A stretch of 64,000 nucleotides of DNA from an uncultured Spirochaetota bacterium. Lineage in GTDB: Bacteria; Spirochaetota; Spirochaetia; SZUA-6; Fen-1364. The stretch lies in the NCBI GenBank assembly GCA_963820525.1, contig CAWGAA010000001.1, forward strand, positions 3,072,001 through 3,136,000, given 5' to 3'. The notes below the pieces were generated by a model. That model was given only the letters and a program-made list of their open reading frames with translations, had not been told where the DNA came from and ran no database searches. The position numbers were made by a program, and so were the translations under genes. This document shows, in pieces, positions 1-8,616 of the stretch (the stretch's first letter is position 1; each line of letters starts with the position of its first letter).

Positions 1-87
1 CTTGTCGGCGAGATAGCCCACCATGGAGGTGCCGGTGAGCTTGTCAGGAAGTTTCGCGTTCGCCTTTTTCGCCTGTGTCTTTGCCAC
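1..87 (-). CDS. 5' end of a small basic protein, possibly HU-family DNA-binding protein (runs off window)
   Basis: GTG start after GAGGAAG; translates MAKTQAKKANAKLPDKLTGTSMVGYLADK, Lys/Ala-rich like HU N-termini. Confidence 0.35.
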   Translation of the reverse strand, partial: MAKTQAKKANAKLPDKLTGTSMVGYLADK

Positions 88-298
88 TGCTCTTCCTCGT
101 TTATCCCAGATTGTTCCAGCGACCTACGGTCGCGTTCGTATGTTTCCTCGAAGATATACCGAAGCGATATCACTTGTCCAGGGGTTCCCCCCCCCTTGAG
201 TTTTTCCCGCCCATCACGAGGTTCTGCGCCGCGCCGATACTCAGAAGAAGGGGGTGGTTTTCATCCCCGTATTGACAGGTGAGCGCGAGGTCGATAGC

Positions 299-808
299 AT
301 GACGCGTAACAAGATAATGGTTGTCCACCATTGCTTCGAAGGCGGCACCGTTGTTTTCCGGCTTGAGAGCACGGATAAATACGCGGCGCTCGGAGAGCTC
401 ATTCGCAAGGCCCCCGTCTTCCGGGAGGTGAGAGATCTTCCCTCGTTCGAAGAGTCCGTGTTCAGCCGCGAGAAGATGCAGAGCACCGGCCTCGGCCACG
501 GCGTGGCTGTGGCCCACGGAAGGATCGACGGCGTGAAGCGCGTGATCATCGCGTTGGGGCTTTCCCATCAGGGAATTCCCTTCGACGCGCCCGACGGTGA
601 GCCGGTGCGCCTCCTTTTCCTCATCGCCTCCCCGATGCACACCACGATCGACTACCTCCAGGCCCTTTCCACTCTCGTTCGCGTCCTGCGCGACTGCTCC
701 ATGCGCGAAACACTCCTCTCCTGCGCCGATGCCGAGCTGATCGAGAAGACAATCCGCTCCGCGTTCTCCCTCTCTCTGGGGCGCTTCGCCTGCAGCCCCG
801 CCACCTGA
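299..808 (+). CDS. PTS sugar transporter subunit IIA (EIIA-Ntr/Fru type)
   Basis: REKMQSTGLGHGVAVAHGR phospho-His motif, FDAPDGEPVRLLFLI. Confidence 0.9.
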   Translation: MTRNKIMVVHHCFEGGTVVFRLESTDKYAALGELIRKAPVFREVRDLPSFEESVFSREKMQSTGLGHGVAVAHGRIDGVKRVIIALGLSHQGIPFDAPDGEPVRLLFLIASPMHTTIDYLQALSTLVRVLRDCSMRETLLSCADAELIEKTIRSAFSLSLGRFACSPAT

Positions 809-813
809 AAGCA

Positions 814-1557
814 ATGCTCATCGTCCCCGCGATCGACCTGTATGGGGGCCGCTGCGTGCGCCTCCTGCAGGGGAGCTTCTCCAATACGACCCGCTATGAC
901 GACGATCCGGCGGCCCGGGCCGCCGGATTCGTTGATGCGGGAGCGCGCATGATTCACATCGTAGACCTGGACGCTGCCGCGGGAAAGGGAGCGGACAACC
1001 GGAAGGTGATCGCCGCGATCCGCTCCGCCGTGCCCTGCCTTCTCCAAGCAGGCGGTGGCGTCAGGAGCGAGGCGGACGCCCGCGCGCTGGTGGACCTCGG
1101 CGTGGACAGGATCGTCGTGGGAACGGCCCTGGTCCGCTCTCCCGGCGAGGTGGCCCGCTGGATCTCCCTTTTGGGCCCGCGATTCATCGGCGGCATCGAC
1201 GCACGGGATGGGCGCGTGAAGGTCTCGGGCTGGGCGGAGGATGCGGAGCTCCAGGACGAGGATGCGGCGGGGCGCCTGGGCGGGCTCGGGCTTTCAGGTC
1301 TGGTTTATACAAACATCAGCAGGGACGGCACCCTGGGCGGGCCCGATATCGAGCGGACCTCCCGGGCCGCGCTCGCCTCGGGGCTTCCCACCATCCTCTC
1401 CGGCGGCATCGGATCGGACGCCGATGTCGAAGCGGTCTTCGCTTTCGCGGATCCCCTGATTCGGGGAGTCATCGTGGGCAAGGCGCTCTACGAAGGCGCC
1501 GTGGATCTATCGGATCTGGTCAGGCGTTTCGATCGTGACCCCGAGGTCCGCTGGTAG
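814..1557 (+). CDS. hisA: ProFAR isomerase HisA
   Basis: IVPAIDLYGGRCVRLLQG, HIVDLD, GGGVRS, TNISRDGTLGGPD, GKALYEG. Confidence 0.92.
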   Translation: MLIVPAIDLYGGRCVRLLQGSFSNTTRYDDDPAARAAGFVDAGARMIHIVDLDAAAGKGADNRKVIAAIRSAVPCLLQAGGGVRSEADARALVDLGVDRIVVGTALVRSPGEVARWISLLGPRFIGGIDARDGRVKVSGWAEDAELQDEDAAGRLGGLGLSGLVYTNISRDGTLGGPDIERTSRAALASGLPTILSGGIGSDADVEAVFAFADPLIRGVIVGKALYEGAVDLSDLVRRFDRDPEVRW

Positions 1558-2059
1558 CCGCCATCTCCGCAATCATCTCGTCGACGATCTCTTCAGGGCT
1601 CTTCCCCTCGACGCTCACCAATCGTCCGACAGCCTCGTAGACGGGCAGGCGGGACCGGAACATCCTCTGCAGGGCTTCCGGCTCCTGGCCGAGCAGGGGG
1701 CGGGAAGGGCCCGGGCCCGTGCGGGCCAGAGCAGTTTCCAGCGTGACCTCGAGGTAGAACGTGAAAGCTCTGCGCAGGAAGAAGAGGCGGTTTTCCTCGC
1801 GAAGCGGCGCTCCTCCTCCGGCCGCCACGACGATTTGACTTGCCTCCTCGAGGGATTTCAGGCATTGCGACTCCAGGGCGCGGAAAGAATCTTCCCCTTG
1901 CCCGCGGAAGATTTCCGCGATCTTTTTTCCGGCCTGCTCCTCGATCAGGTCGTCGAGGTCCACGAAGCGATATCCGATCCTTTCGGCAAGCAGCCGGCCG
2001 ACGGTCGTCTTGCCGCATCCCATGAAGCCGACGAGGGCGATGCGGAGGGGCGGGCTCAT
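1520..2059 (-). CDS. aroK: Shikimate kinase
   Basis: LVGFMGCGKTTVG Walker A, DLDDLIE, GEDSFRALE, GGG, RPLL. Confidence 0.92.
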   Translation of the reverse strand: MSPPLRIALVGFMGCGKTTVGRLLAERIGYRFVDLDDLIEEQAGKKIAEIFRGQGEDSFRALESQCLKSLEEASQIVVAAGGGAPLREENRLFFLRRAFTFYLEVTLETALARTGPGPSRPLLGQEPEALQRMFRSRLPVYEAVGRLVSVEGKSPEEIVDEMIAEMAATSGPRGHDRNA

Positions 2060-2928
2060 TGGCGGGCTCCGCCTGGGTTCCGCCTGGCTAGCGCGGCGTC
2101 GATGGCCGCGTCGAGGGCCGGCTTCAGCTCGGGTGAGCTTTCGGCGTAGCGGATGATGGCGTCGATGTATCCCGCAGGCTCTCCCGTGTCCAGCCGCTCG
2201 CCTTCCATGCGCTTGTAGACCAGGCGTCCCCTCTTTGCGAGGGCCTGGAGCGCGGGAGCGTGCCAGAACTCGCCCGGCGCGTCGTCGCGTTTTTCCCACT
2301 CGCGCTCGAGCTGATCGAGGAAGTCGGGGGCATAGAGGTACCTCCCGATGGAAGCCTCGCGGCTGGGCTCCCGGCCCTTGGGAGGCTTCTCCACGATATC
2401 CGTGACGTGAAGGTTGTCGGCCCCGATGGAGATTATCCCGTAGCGGTTGATGTCCGGCGGGTCATGGATCGTCGCCATGACCGAGCAGCCCGTTTCCTCG
2501 TAGAGGTCCATCAGCTGGCGCGCCAGCGGCTTTTCTCCCCTGTGAAGGTCGTCGGCGTAGGCGACGACGAAAGGCTCGGAGCCGACGAAGGGACGCGCCA
2601 GGAGCAGGGCGTGGCCAGTGCCGCGCATTTCCCTCTGCCGCACGAAGAAGAGCTTCGCCTTGGAAGGCTGGATGCGCTCCAGCCTGGCCGTCTCTCCCCG
2701 CACGCGGAAGAAACCCTCCAGCTCAATCTCACGGTCGAAATAATCCTCCAGCGCCTTCTTGCGGCGCGATGTGACGAAGAGGATCTCCGTGATCCCCGAG
2801 GCAAGGAACTCCTCCACGATGAGATCTATGGAAGGCCGGTTGACGAGGGGGAGCATTTCCTTGGGGATTGTTTTTGTCGCGGGCAGGAACCGAACGCCAT
2901 ACCCGGCGGCGACCACGACGCCTTTCAT
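2056..2928 (-). CDS. galU: UTP--glucose-1-phosphate uridylyltransferase
   Basis: AAGYGVRFLPATKTIPKEMLP, RQREMRGTGHA, IVEKP. Confidence 0.9.
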   Translation of the reverse strand: MKGVVVAAGYGVRFLPATKTIPKEMLPLVNRPSIDLIVEEFLASGITEILFVTSRRKKALEDYFDREIELEGFFRVRGETARLERIQPSKAKLFFVRQREMRGTGHALLLARPFVGSEPFVVAYADDLHRGEKPLARQLMDLYEETGCSVMATIHDPPDINRYGIISIGADNLHVTDIVEKPPKGREPSREASIGRYLYAPDFLDQLEREWEKRDDAPGEFWHAPALQALAKRGRLVYKRMEGERLDTGEPAGYIDAIIRYAESSPELKPALDAAIDAALARRNPGGARQ

Positions 2929-3061
2929 ACGATCGAATATACCCGAAGGCGTCCGCATTGCTCAATCAGCAGCCCCGGGAAAGCCGCTTTTATTGACTTA
3001 AGCCGCGCGGAATGGTTTACTCTGGATCAAAATCGAGCATCTCGTCGGCCGTGGGAGGAAT

Positions 3062-4282
3062 ATGAAGATCTGGATCAAGCTTCTCGTGGGCTCTCTGGTG
3101 GGCTTGGTGGTGGGGCTGCTCATTCCGCAGGCGGCGGATGCCGCCCTCGCCTCGATTTCCTCCTTCCTGATCGGGATCGGCCGCTACGTGATATTCCCCT
3201 TCGTCTTCTTCTCCCTGGGCATCGGCACCTCGGAGCTGCGGCAGGAGCGGAGGCTGGGCCGCGTGTACCTTTCCTCGTTCAAGTACCTCGCCCTCTCCAC
3301 CCTGCTCCTGATCGTCATCGGAACCGTATCGGTGCTGGTGTTCCCCCCCGAGCGAATCCCCATCACGGTGGAGGCGGACAAGGCCTTCCAGCCCGTGAGC
3401 ATCATCGGGGGGCTCACCGCCATCTTTCCCCGCAACCTGTTCTCCGTGTTCATCACCAGCGGCGATTTTCTCTTTCCCCTCATGGTCCTCGCGTTCTTCC
3501 TCGGCGCCAACATGGATTTCGACAGGCAGCTCACGCGCCCCATCGTGCAGATTTTCGACTCCCTCTCCCGCATCTTCTACCACCTGAACTCGCTGATCGT
3601 GGAGCTTTTCGGTCTGGCCATGATCGCCATCACCGCGGCCTTCATGGTGAGCATCTCGCATTCGGATCTCGGGATGTACAAGCAGATCCTCATCATCCTG
3701 GCCGTCGACGTGGTGATTGTCGTGTTCGGCGTGTTTCCCGGCTGCCTCTACCTCCTGGGCGTGAAGTCCAATCCCTACCGCTGGCTGTACGCCAGCATCG
3801 GCCCGGCCATCGCGGGGTTGTTCACGGGAGACCAATACATCGCGCTGGGGGTGCTCACAAAGCACGGCAAGGAGAACCTCGGCGTGCCGCGGATGATCGG
3901 CTCCGCCGTCTATCCCCTGTTCGCCACCCTGGGGCGCGCGGGGACAGCCATGATCTCCTCGGTCTCCTTCATCCTGATCCTCCGCTCCTATTCCAGCCTG
4001 GAGATCACCTTCTTCCAGGTGCTCTGGGTCCTCGCCTTCTCCTTCGGCATCTCCTTTGTCCTGGGGGCCGTTCCGGGAAGCGGCACGTTCTTCGCGATCT
4101 TCATGTTGTGCAATCTCTATGGGAAGGGGCTTCAGGAGGGGTATCTGATCCTCAAAGGCATCGCTCCGCTCCTGGTGAGCTTTGGGGCCTTTATCGATGT
4201 GCTCGCCTCCGCGTTTACGTCGCTTCTGATCGCGCGCGAAGAGAACATCTGGAGCGAGGTGGAAACGGAGAACTTCATCTAG
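3062..4282 (+). CDS. Dicarboxylate/amino acid:cation symporter family protein
   Basis: 406-aa polytopic membrane protein with an SDF/GltP-like layout; RBS GGAGG upstream. Confidence 0.75.
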   Translation: MKIWIKLLVGSLVGLVVGLLIPQAADAALASISSFLIGIGRYVIFPFVFFSLGIGTSELRQERRLGRVYLSSFKYLALSTLLLIVIGTVSVLVFPPERIPITVEADKAFQPVSIIGGLTAIFPRNLFSVFITSGDFLFPLMVLAFFLGANMDFDRQLTRPIVQIFDSLSRIFYHLNSLIVELFGLAMIAITAAFMVSISHSDLGMYKQILIILAVDVVIVVFGVFPGCLYLLGVKSNPYRWLYASIGPAIAGLFTGDQYIALGVLTKHGKENLGVPRMIGSAVYPLFATLGRAGTAMISSVSFILILRSYSSLEITFFQVLWVLAFSFGISFVLGAVPGSGTFFAIFMLCNLYGKGLQEGYLILKGIAPLLVSFGAFIDVLASAFTSLLIAREENIWSEVETENFI

Positions 4283-4314
4283 GGATCCGTGACGCGGCCG
4301 CCTGTGGCGCGCCG

Positions 4315-4980
4315 TCACGGTTTTGCGGGTGCTTCTCCAAGCCGGATTGCGAAGCCGATCGTCCCCGACAGCATGAGCTGATCCAGAAACGGGAGGCCTT
4401 CGCCGTCCCAGAGGTGGAACACGGGATAGAAGGCCCGAAGAGAAAAGATCAAACCGAGGAAATCCAGGGCCTGCCACTTCAGGAAGATCCGCGTCTCGGG
4501 ATAGAAGAACCTCCCGGAGCCGAAAAAGTACGCCAGGGCGGGGTCCCTTCCCGCGACGCTCGCCGCGCTCGTGTTCACAAGCTCCAGGGGAAAACGCAGG
4601 AGGCAGTCCAGGCCAAGGGATCCCCCGATCTCGAGGGCCTCGGCGATGGGGAACCGCAGCGTGGCGTGGAGGCTGACGAGCGCGGCGATGGTGAAGAAGC
4701 CCGCGTTCGATTCGATTTCCGTGGGAACGGCGCGGGAGCCCGTGTACATGTAATCGAGGCCGTAGAACTCGAGCCCCGGCTCCAGGTAGAAAGGCGCCGC
4801 GATTTCGATGGGAAGAGAAGCGCCGAACATCGGCACGAGGGGGGACGGAGCGGCCTGCGGATCCGTGGCCCCGATGAACAGGAGGCCGGCGTTGATGTCC
4901 AGCTCGCCCAGCGACAGGCAGAAGGCAGGGGAGGCCGCGACGGCGGAGAGAAGAACCGCGACGAGCACTTTTCTCTTCAT
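4315..4980 (-). CDS. Exported hypothetical protein, probable outer-membrane beta-barrel
   Basis: Signal peptide, aromatic-rich alternating strands. Confidence 0.6.
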   Translation of the reverse strand: MKRKVLVAVLLSAVAASPAFCLSLGELDINAGLLFIGATDPQAAPSPLVPMFGASLPIEIAAPFYLEPGLEFYGLDYMYTGSRAVPTEIESNAGFFTIAALVSLHATLRFPIAEALEIGGSLGLDCLLRFPLELVNTSAASVAGRDPALAYFFGSGRFFYPETRIFLKWQALDFLGLIFSLRAFYPVFHLWDGEGLPFLDQLMLSGTIGFAIRLGEAPAKP

Positions 4981-5043
4981 GAAAAAAAGTATAGCACATG
5001 CAAAAGAAAACGCATATCGTGGCGAATGGGGAAGGGAGCACAG

Positions 5044-6192
5044 ATGACATCGATCCGCGCTTTTTCGATCCGCTTTTTATTCGTCCTCGCGGCCGTTTTC
5101 TCCACGGCGGTGGGGCGGGGGGAGGCGGCCGGGCAGGAGGGGCGCTTTCCATTCGTCTTCGACATCGTGCCCGTGATCTGGGGATGCGACGTGGGCATCG
5201 GCTACCGGGGTTGGAGCGCCCTTTCCGGCCTCGACACGATCCTCTGGGTGTACGCCGGCGGCGGCTACGAGCAGATGACCTATCAGCGGCTGCCCGACGG
5301 CACGCTCATCACGGGCAAGGCGCCGGCGTGGGTGGCTCCCGGCACGGACCCGTTCTACAACCGCTGGAGCGGGCGCTGGCAGCTCGGTATTGCCCAGGGG
5401 ATCTCGTGGAACCCCCGCATCGAGGCGAATCTCCTGGAAACGTTTCTCTTCTATCGCGGGCGGCTGGATTCCAATCAACAGAGCGGCGCAAGCCAGCTCC
5501 TGTTCCTCTCCACGATCCCCGACAGGAACGGGATTTTCCAGAACGCCCTGCTCGCCGGGCTGAAGCTCAACGATCTCTCCCTGGACCCTCGAACCAAGAT
5601 GAAAAAGGGCGTTCTGGCCGAGCTTTCCCTGGAGTGGGGGCCCGCGTTCTTCCTCAACAGCTTCCTCGGCACTTCCGATTACGCGCGCGCCAACCTGACA
5701 GGCCGCGTGTTTCTTCCCCTGTTCGACGTCGATCCGTCCGGCCAAATGAACCTCTTTGCCGTCTCTCTTTCCGAGTTTTTCGCGGCGGACTACGCGTTCG
5801 GCGCAAACGTCCCCCTGAACATCCGCCAGACCTTCGGCGGGCTGGATCCCCGGGTGGGCCTGGGCCTTGCCATGCGGGGGGTCGATATGGGGAGCATGGA
5901 CACGAACCTGAAGCTGGTGAACAACCTCGAGCTGCGCGCCACACTGCCGGCCCTGTGGATGCGGGACCTGGTGCCGGGCGTGGTGGCGTATTTCGATGCG
6001 GGATACTTCAATCAGATCGGCGAAGGGTTCCCCTCTCCGGCGAGCGGATTCCTCTGTTCAACCGGCGCCGGCGCGTTCATCGACGTTTTCGATATCACGT
6101 CCCTCACGGGATACGTGAACTATCGCCTCACCGGCGTCAACGGGGACGGGAGCCGGCTCACCTTCAGCTTCGAGTTCGACGTGAAGTTCTAA
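5044..6192 (+). CDS. Outer-membrane beta-barrel protein (Omp85/BamA-like barrel)
   Basis: Signal peptide, MRG motif, NLELR strand, C-terminal FSFEFDVKF ending in Phe. Confidence 0.65.
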   Translation: MTSIRAFSIRFLFVLAAVFSTAVGRGEAAGQEGRFPFVFDIVPVIWGCDVGIGYRGWSALSGLDTILWVYAGGGYEQMTYQRLPDGTLITGKAPAWVAPGTDPFYNRWSGRWQLGIAQGISWNPRIEANLLETFLFYRGRLDSNQQSGASQLLFLSTIPDRNGIFQNALLAGLKLNDLSLDPRTKMKKGVLAELSLEWGPAFFLNSFLGTSDYARANLTGRVFLPLFDVDPSGQMNLFAVSLSEFFAADYAFGANVPLNIRQTFGGLDPRVGLGLAMRGVDMGSMDTNLKLVNNLELRATLPALWMRDLVPGVVAYFDAGYFNQIGEGFPSPASGFLCSTGAGAFIDVFDITSLTGYVNYRLTGVNGDGSRLTFSFEFDVKF

Positions 6193-6223
6193 CAAGGACT
6201 TTCCGTAGACCTCGTGATGTCGG

Positions 6224-6514
6224 CTATTTGAACCTCGTGGTTGCCGATTTGACCGCCTGGCCGAGAGCCTCCCACGACTTTTCGACGCCGGTCTTCAAAT
6301 CCTCCCAGGCGCCCTCGCCGGCATGAAGGAGGGCGTCCAGCTTTTGCTGCGCCTCTGCGCGTTGTGCGCGCAGTTTTTCGATCTGCATGGCGTATTCCAC
6401 TTTCCCCTCGGCCTTGACCAGATTGGCCCGCGCTTCCAGCTTGCCGATCTCCACGTTCCACACGTCGATTCTGCTTTTCAGCTTGTTCACAAAGGCGTCT
6501 CGCTTTTCGCTCAT
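6224..6514 (-). CDS. Small coiled-coil protein (sll1863-like stress protein)
   Basis: KLKSRIDVWNVEIGKL...AWEDLKTGVEKSW pattern. Confidence 0.7.
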   Translation of the reverse strand: MSEKRDAFVNKLKSRIDVWNVEIGKLEARANLVKAEGKVEYAMQIEKLRAQRAEAQQKLDALLHAGEGAWEDLKTGVEKSWEALGQAVKSATTRFK

Positions 6515-6569
6515 CGCAATTTCCCCCTATATATATATTGTACAGAAATTCCCTTCGCGCAAGGATCAT

Positions 6570-6692
6570 AGGAATGAAAAAAGCAGCAGCATCATATGGA
6601 TCGTCTCCGCGAAACGGCCCGAGACCAGGGAAAAGCGGGCAAAGGAGGCTGCGCGCCTGCTTGAAAAGAATCAGAAGTTCGGATTGAAATAA
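6570..6692 (+). pseudogene. C-terminal fragment of YdeI/OmpD-associated family protein
   Basis: IIWIVSAKRPETREKR motif with no valid 5' portion. Confidence 0.55.
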
Positions 6693-6730
6693 AGCATCAA
6701 AACCAATACCATTCGGGCGGAGGGGGGCAT

Positions 6731-6913
6731 ATGGCGGAGAGAATCGGCGATTTCTTGCTCAGGATCGGCGCGATAGAAGCGAAGCAGCTCGAGGAAGTGC
6801 TGCGGATCCAGAAGTCGGGGGATTCGAGGCCTTTCGGCGTCATCGCAGTCGAGTCGGGCTACGTTGCGGAAAGCGCAATCGAGCAGTTCGCCACCGCCCA
6901 GAAGACGAAATAG
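6731..6913 (+). CDS. Stand-alone MshEN-like (c-di-GMP-binding motif) small protein
   Basis: RIGDFLLRIGAIEAKQLEEVLRIQ fits RLGxxLxxxGxIxxxxLxxxLxxQ; strong RBS. Confidence 0.65.
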   Translation: MAERIGDFLLRIGAIEAKQLEEVLRIQKSGDSRPFGVIAVESGYVAESAIEQFATAQKTK

Positions 6914-7069
6914 CCCTCGATACGCCTGTGGTGCTGACCCGGCAGTTGACGGTCATCGCGTCACATCGGGCACCACCGTTGCGTTCCACAGAAATCGCCA
7001 CAGACCCCCAATGGCGCACGACACGCAGCCTGCCTTGACTCTTTTACGGAATGAATTCCATCTTTAATA

Positions 7070-8092
7070 GTGGATGGAAATGCAATGCCAGGACTCGCGC
7101 GTCTCAAGCTCATCTTGTTCGCCATTATTTTTCCGTTTTACCTTGGCTGCGTCGATCTCGTCCCCATTGAAGTCACCATGCCGGGTGAAATCGACATGAC
7201 GGGATTGCGCAGGATTGCCGTGGTTCCATTTGCCCCGCCCGCGAAGGACAATGGCAATCCTACGGTCGAATCGAGTATCAAGTACGCTGCGGATCTGGCC
7301 TTGGGCCGTCCCCGCAGCAGCCCGAAGGAACAGGAAGCGGTTGCCCGCGACGTGACCGATCATGTCACCAGTCTCTTGTCGGACACGGGCTTCTTCACGG
7401 TTGTCGATTCTGAAGCCGTTCTGGCCGAGCTGGCAAAAGAAGATGATACCGCCGTCAGCCCCCAGCAATTGGGCCAGGCCATTGGAGTCGATGCCCTCAT
7501 CACGGGGAACCTCACGCGCATGAACATCATGGTGCAGGAACAATCGATCGAGAAGCCAAATGGGATGAGCGACAGCACCGTGTTTTTGAAGAGGGCTGAA
7601 ATCCAGGTCACGTATCGCGTTCTGGATGTCAAGACGAACCAGCTTGTCGTGCAGCGAAGCTTCAATGGAGACGATGCCTTCATAGGCTACGGCGGAAGTC
7701 CCGTTCTCCCTTCGGACCTCGAGATGTTCCAGAAATTATCCGCCCGGATTCTTTCCCCCATTCCCCATCAGCTTGCCCCCTACGTCGTGGTTGAAAACCG
7801 TCCGCTTCTGGCCGACAACACGGATCCTGAAATGAAAGGTTTGAAGCAGCTCGTCGACAAGAAGATGTATCCTGAGGCGCTTGAGGGGTATCAGAAAATA
7901 TGGCAGTCCACGGGCAACCGCGTTGCCGGATATAACGCCGCTATCTTGAAAGAGAAATTGGGCGACATTGACGGGGCCATCTCCGTCATGAGAGAAGTCG
8001 CCGCAGCCACCAAGGACAGCAGAGCGGCCGCCGAGCTCCAAAGAATGATGAACGCGAAAGGAGAGATGGAGGCGGCAGCGGCGGAGATGTGA
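7070..8092 (+). CDS. Lipoprotein, CsgG/LpoB-like N-terminal domain with TPR-like C-terminus
   Basis: Lipobox YLGC, RIAVVPF, LGQAIGVDALITG, helical C-terminus. Confidence 0.6.
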   Translation: MDGNAMPGLARLKLILFAIIFPFYLGCVDLVPIEVTMPGEIDMTGLRRIAVVPFAPPAKDNGNPTVESSIKYAADLALGRPRSSPKEQEAVARDVTDHVTSLLSDTGFFTVVDSEAVLAELAKEDDTAVSPQQLGQAIGVDALITGNLTRMNIMVQEQSIEKPNGMSDSTVFLKRAEIQVTYRVLDVKTNQLVVQRSFNGDDAFIGYGGSPVLPSDLEMFQKLSARILSPIPHQLAPYVVVENRPLLADNTDPEMKGLKQLVDKKMYPEALEGYQKIWQSTGNRVAGYNAAILKEKLGDIDGAISVMREVAAATKDSRAAAELQRMMNAKGEMEAAAAEM

Positions 8093-8253
8093 AGAGCTGC
8101 CGCGAGTCACCAGCGTAGAGCGTTGAAGCAGACATGCGCAGCTAGCCAAACATCTTATCATGCCAATCAACTCTCGATATCGCTAGCTATGCTATCTGTG
8201 GACTTGTGACCGGTGGAGAGCATGCAACTTATCCTGTGAAATAATTCTATTAT

Positions 8254-8478
8254 CTACGCAAAAATCAATCTATCTATTATTTTCTGGGAATATAAATCAA
8301 ATTCATCTTTATCAATAGATGTCTTTTGCAGCGAAATAGCTTGGTTTAATAGTCTCCTCCATTGTTTTAGATCTGTGAAAAACTTTGTTCGTATATCTTC
8401 TTGAAGTGGATAGTAAATAGGATCGTCATCCCAAATACCTTTTATCTTTGCCAAATAAGATTTTTGAAGTTTATCTAG
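8254..8478 (-). pseudogene. Fragment of Type IIG/N6-methyltransferase restriction-modification gene
   Basis: FFTDLKQWRRLL...SQKIIDRLIF resembles Type IIG RM proteins; truncated at both ends; AT-rich. Confidence 0.5.
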
Positions 8479-8616
8479 CAGGGTGTTGAAAAAGTTTGTT
8501 TTTCATTGAGCAAAGGCCAATATTAGCTTAATACCATCCTATCACATTAGCGCAAGAGGGGGCGACAATGCGAGGCCGTTGCGCCATTCTATGCCAATCA
8601 TTCATCACTATCTAGA
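8478..8616 (+). mobile_element. Degenerate IS5-like left-end remnant
   Basis: CTAG followed by CAGGGTGTTGAAAAAG IR-like end; RBS + ATGCGAGGC (MRG...) start; decayed frame appears to continue after the IS1634. Confidence 0.4.

Noticed and set aside
2260..5043. 5' part of the 1310-aa ORF, and other long overlapping ORFs (3017-5152, 26692-28917, 30685-32328)
   Set aside because: Shadow frames of high-GC coding DNA overlapping well-supported genes; only 5044-6192 of the 1310-aa ORF looks real
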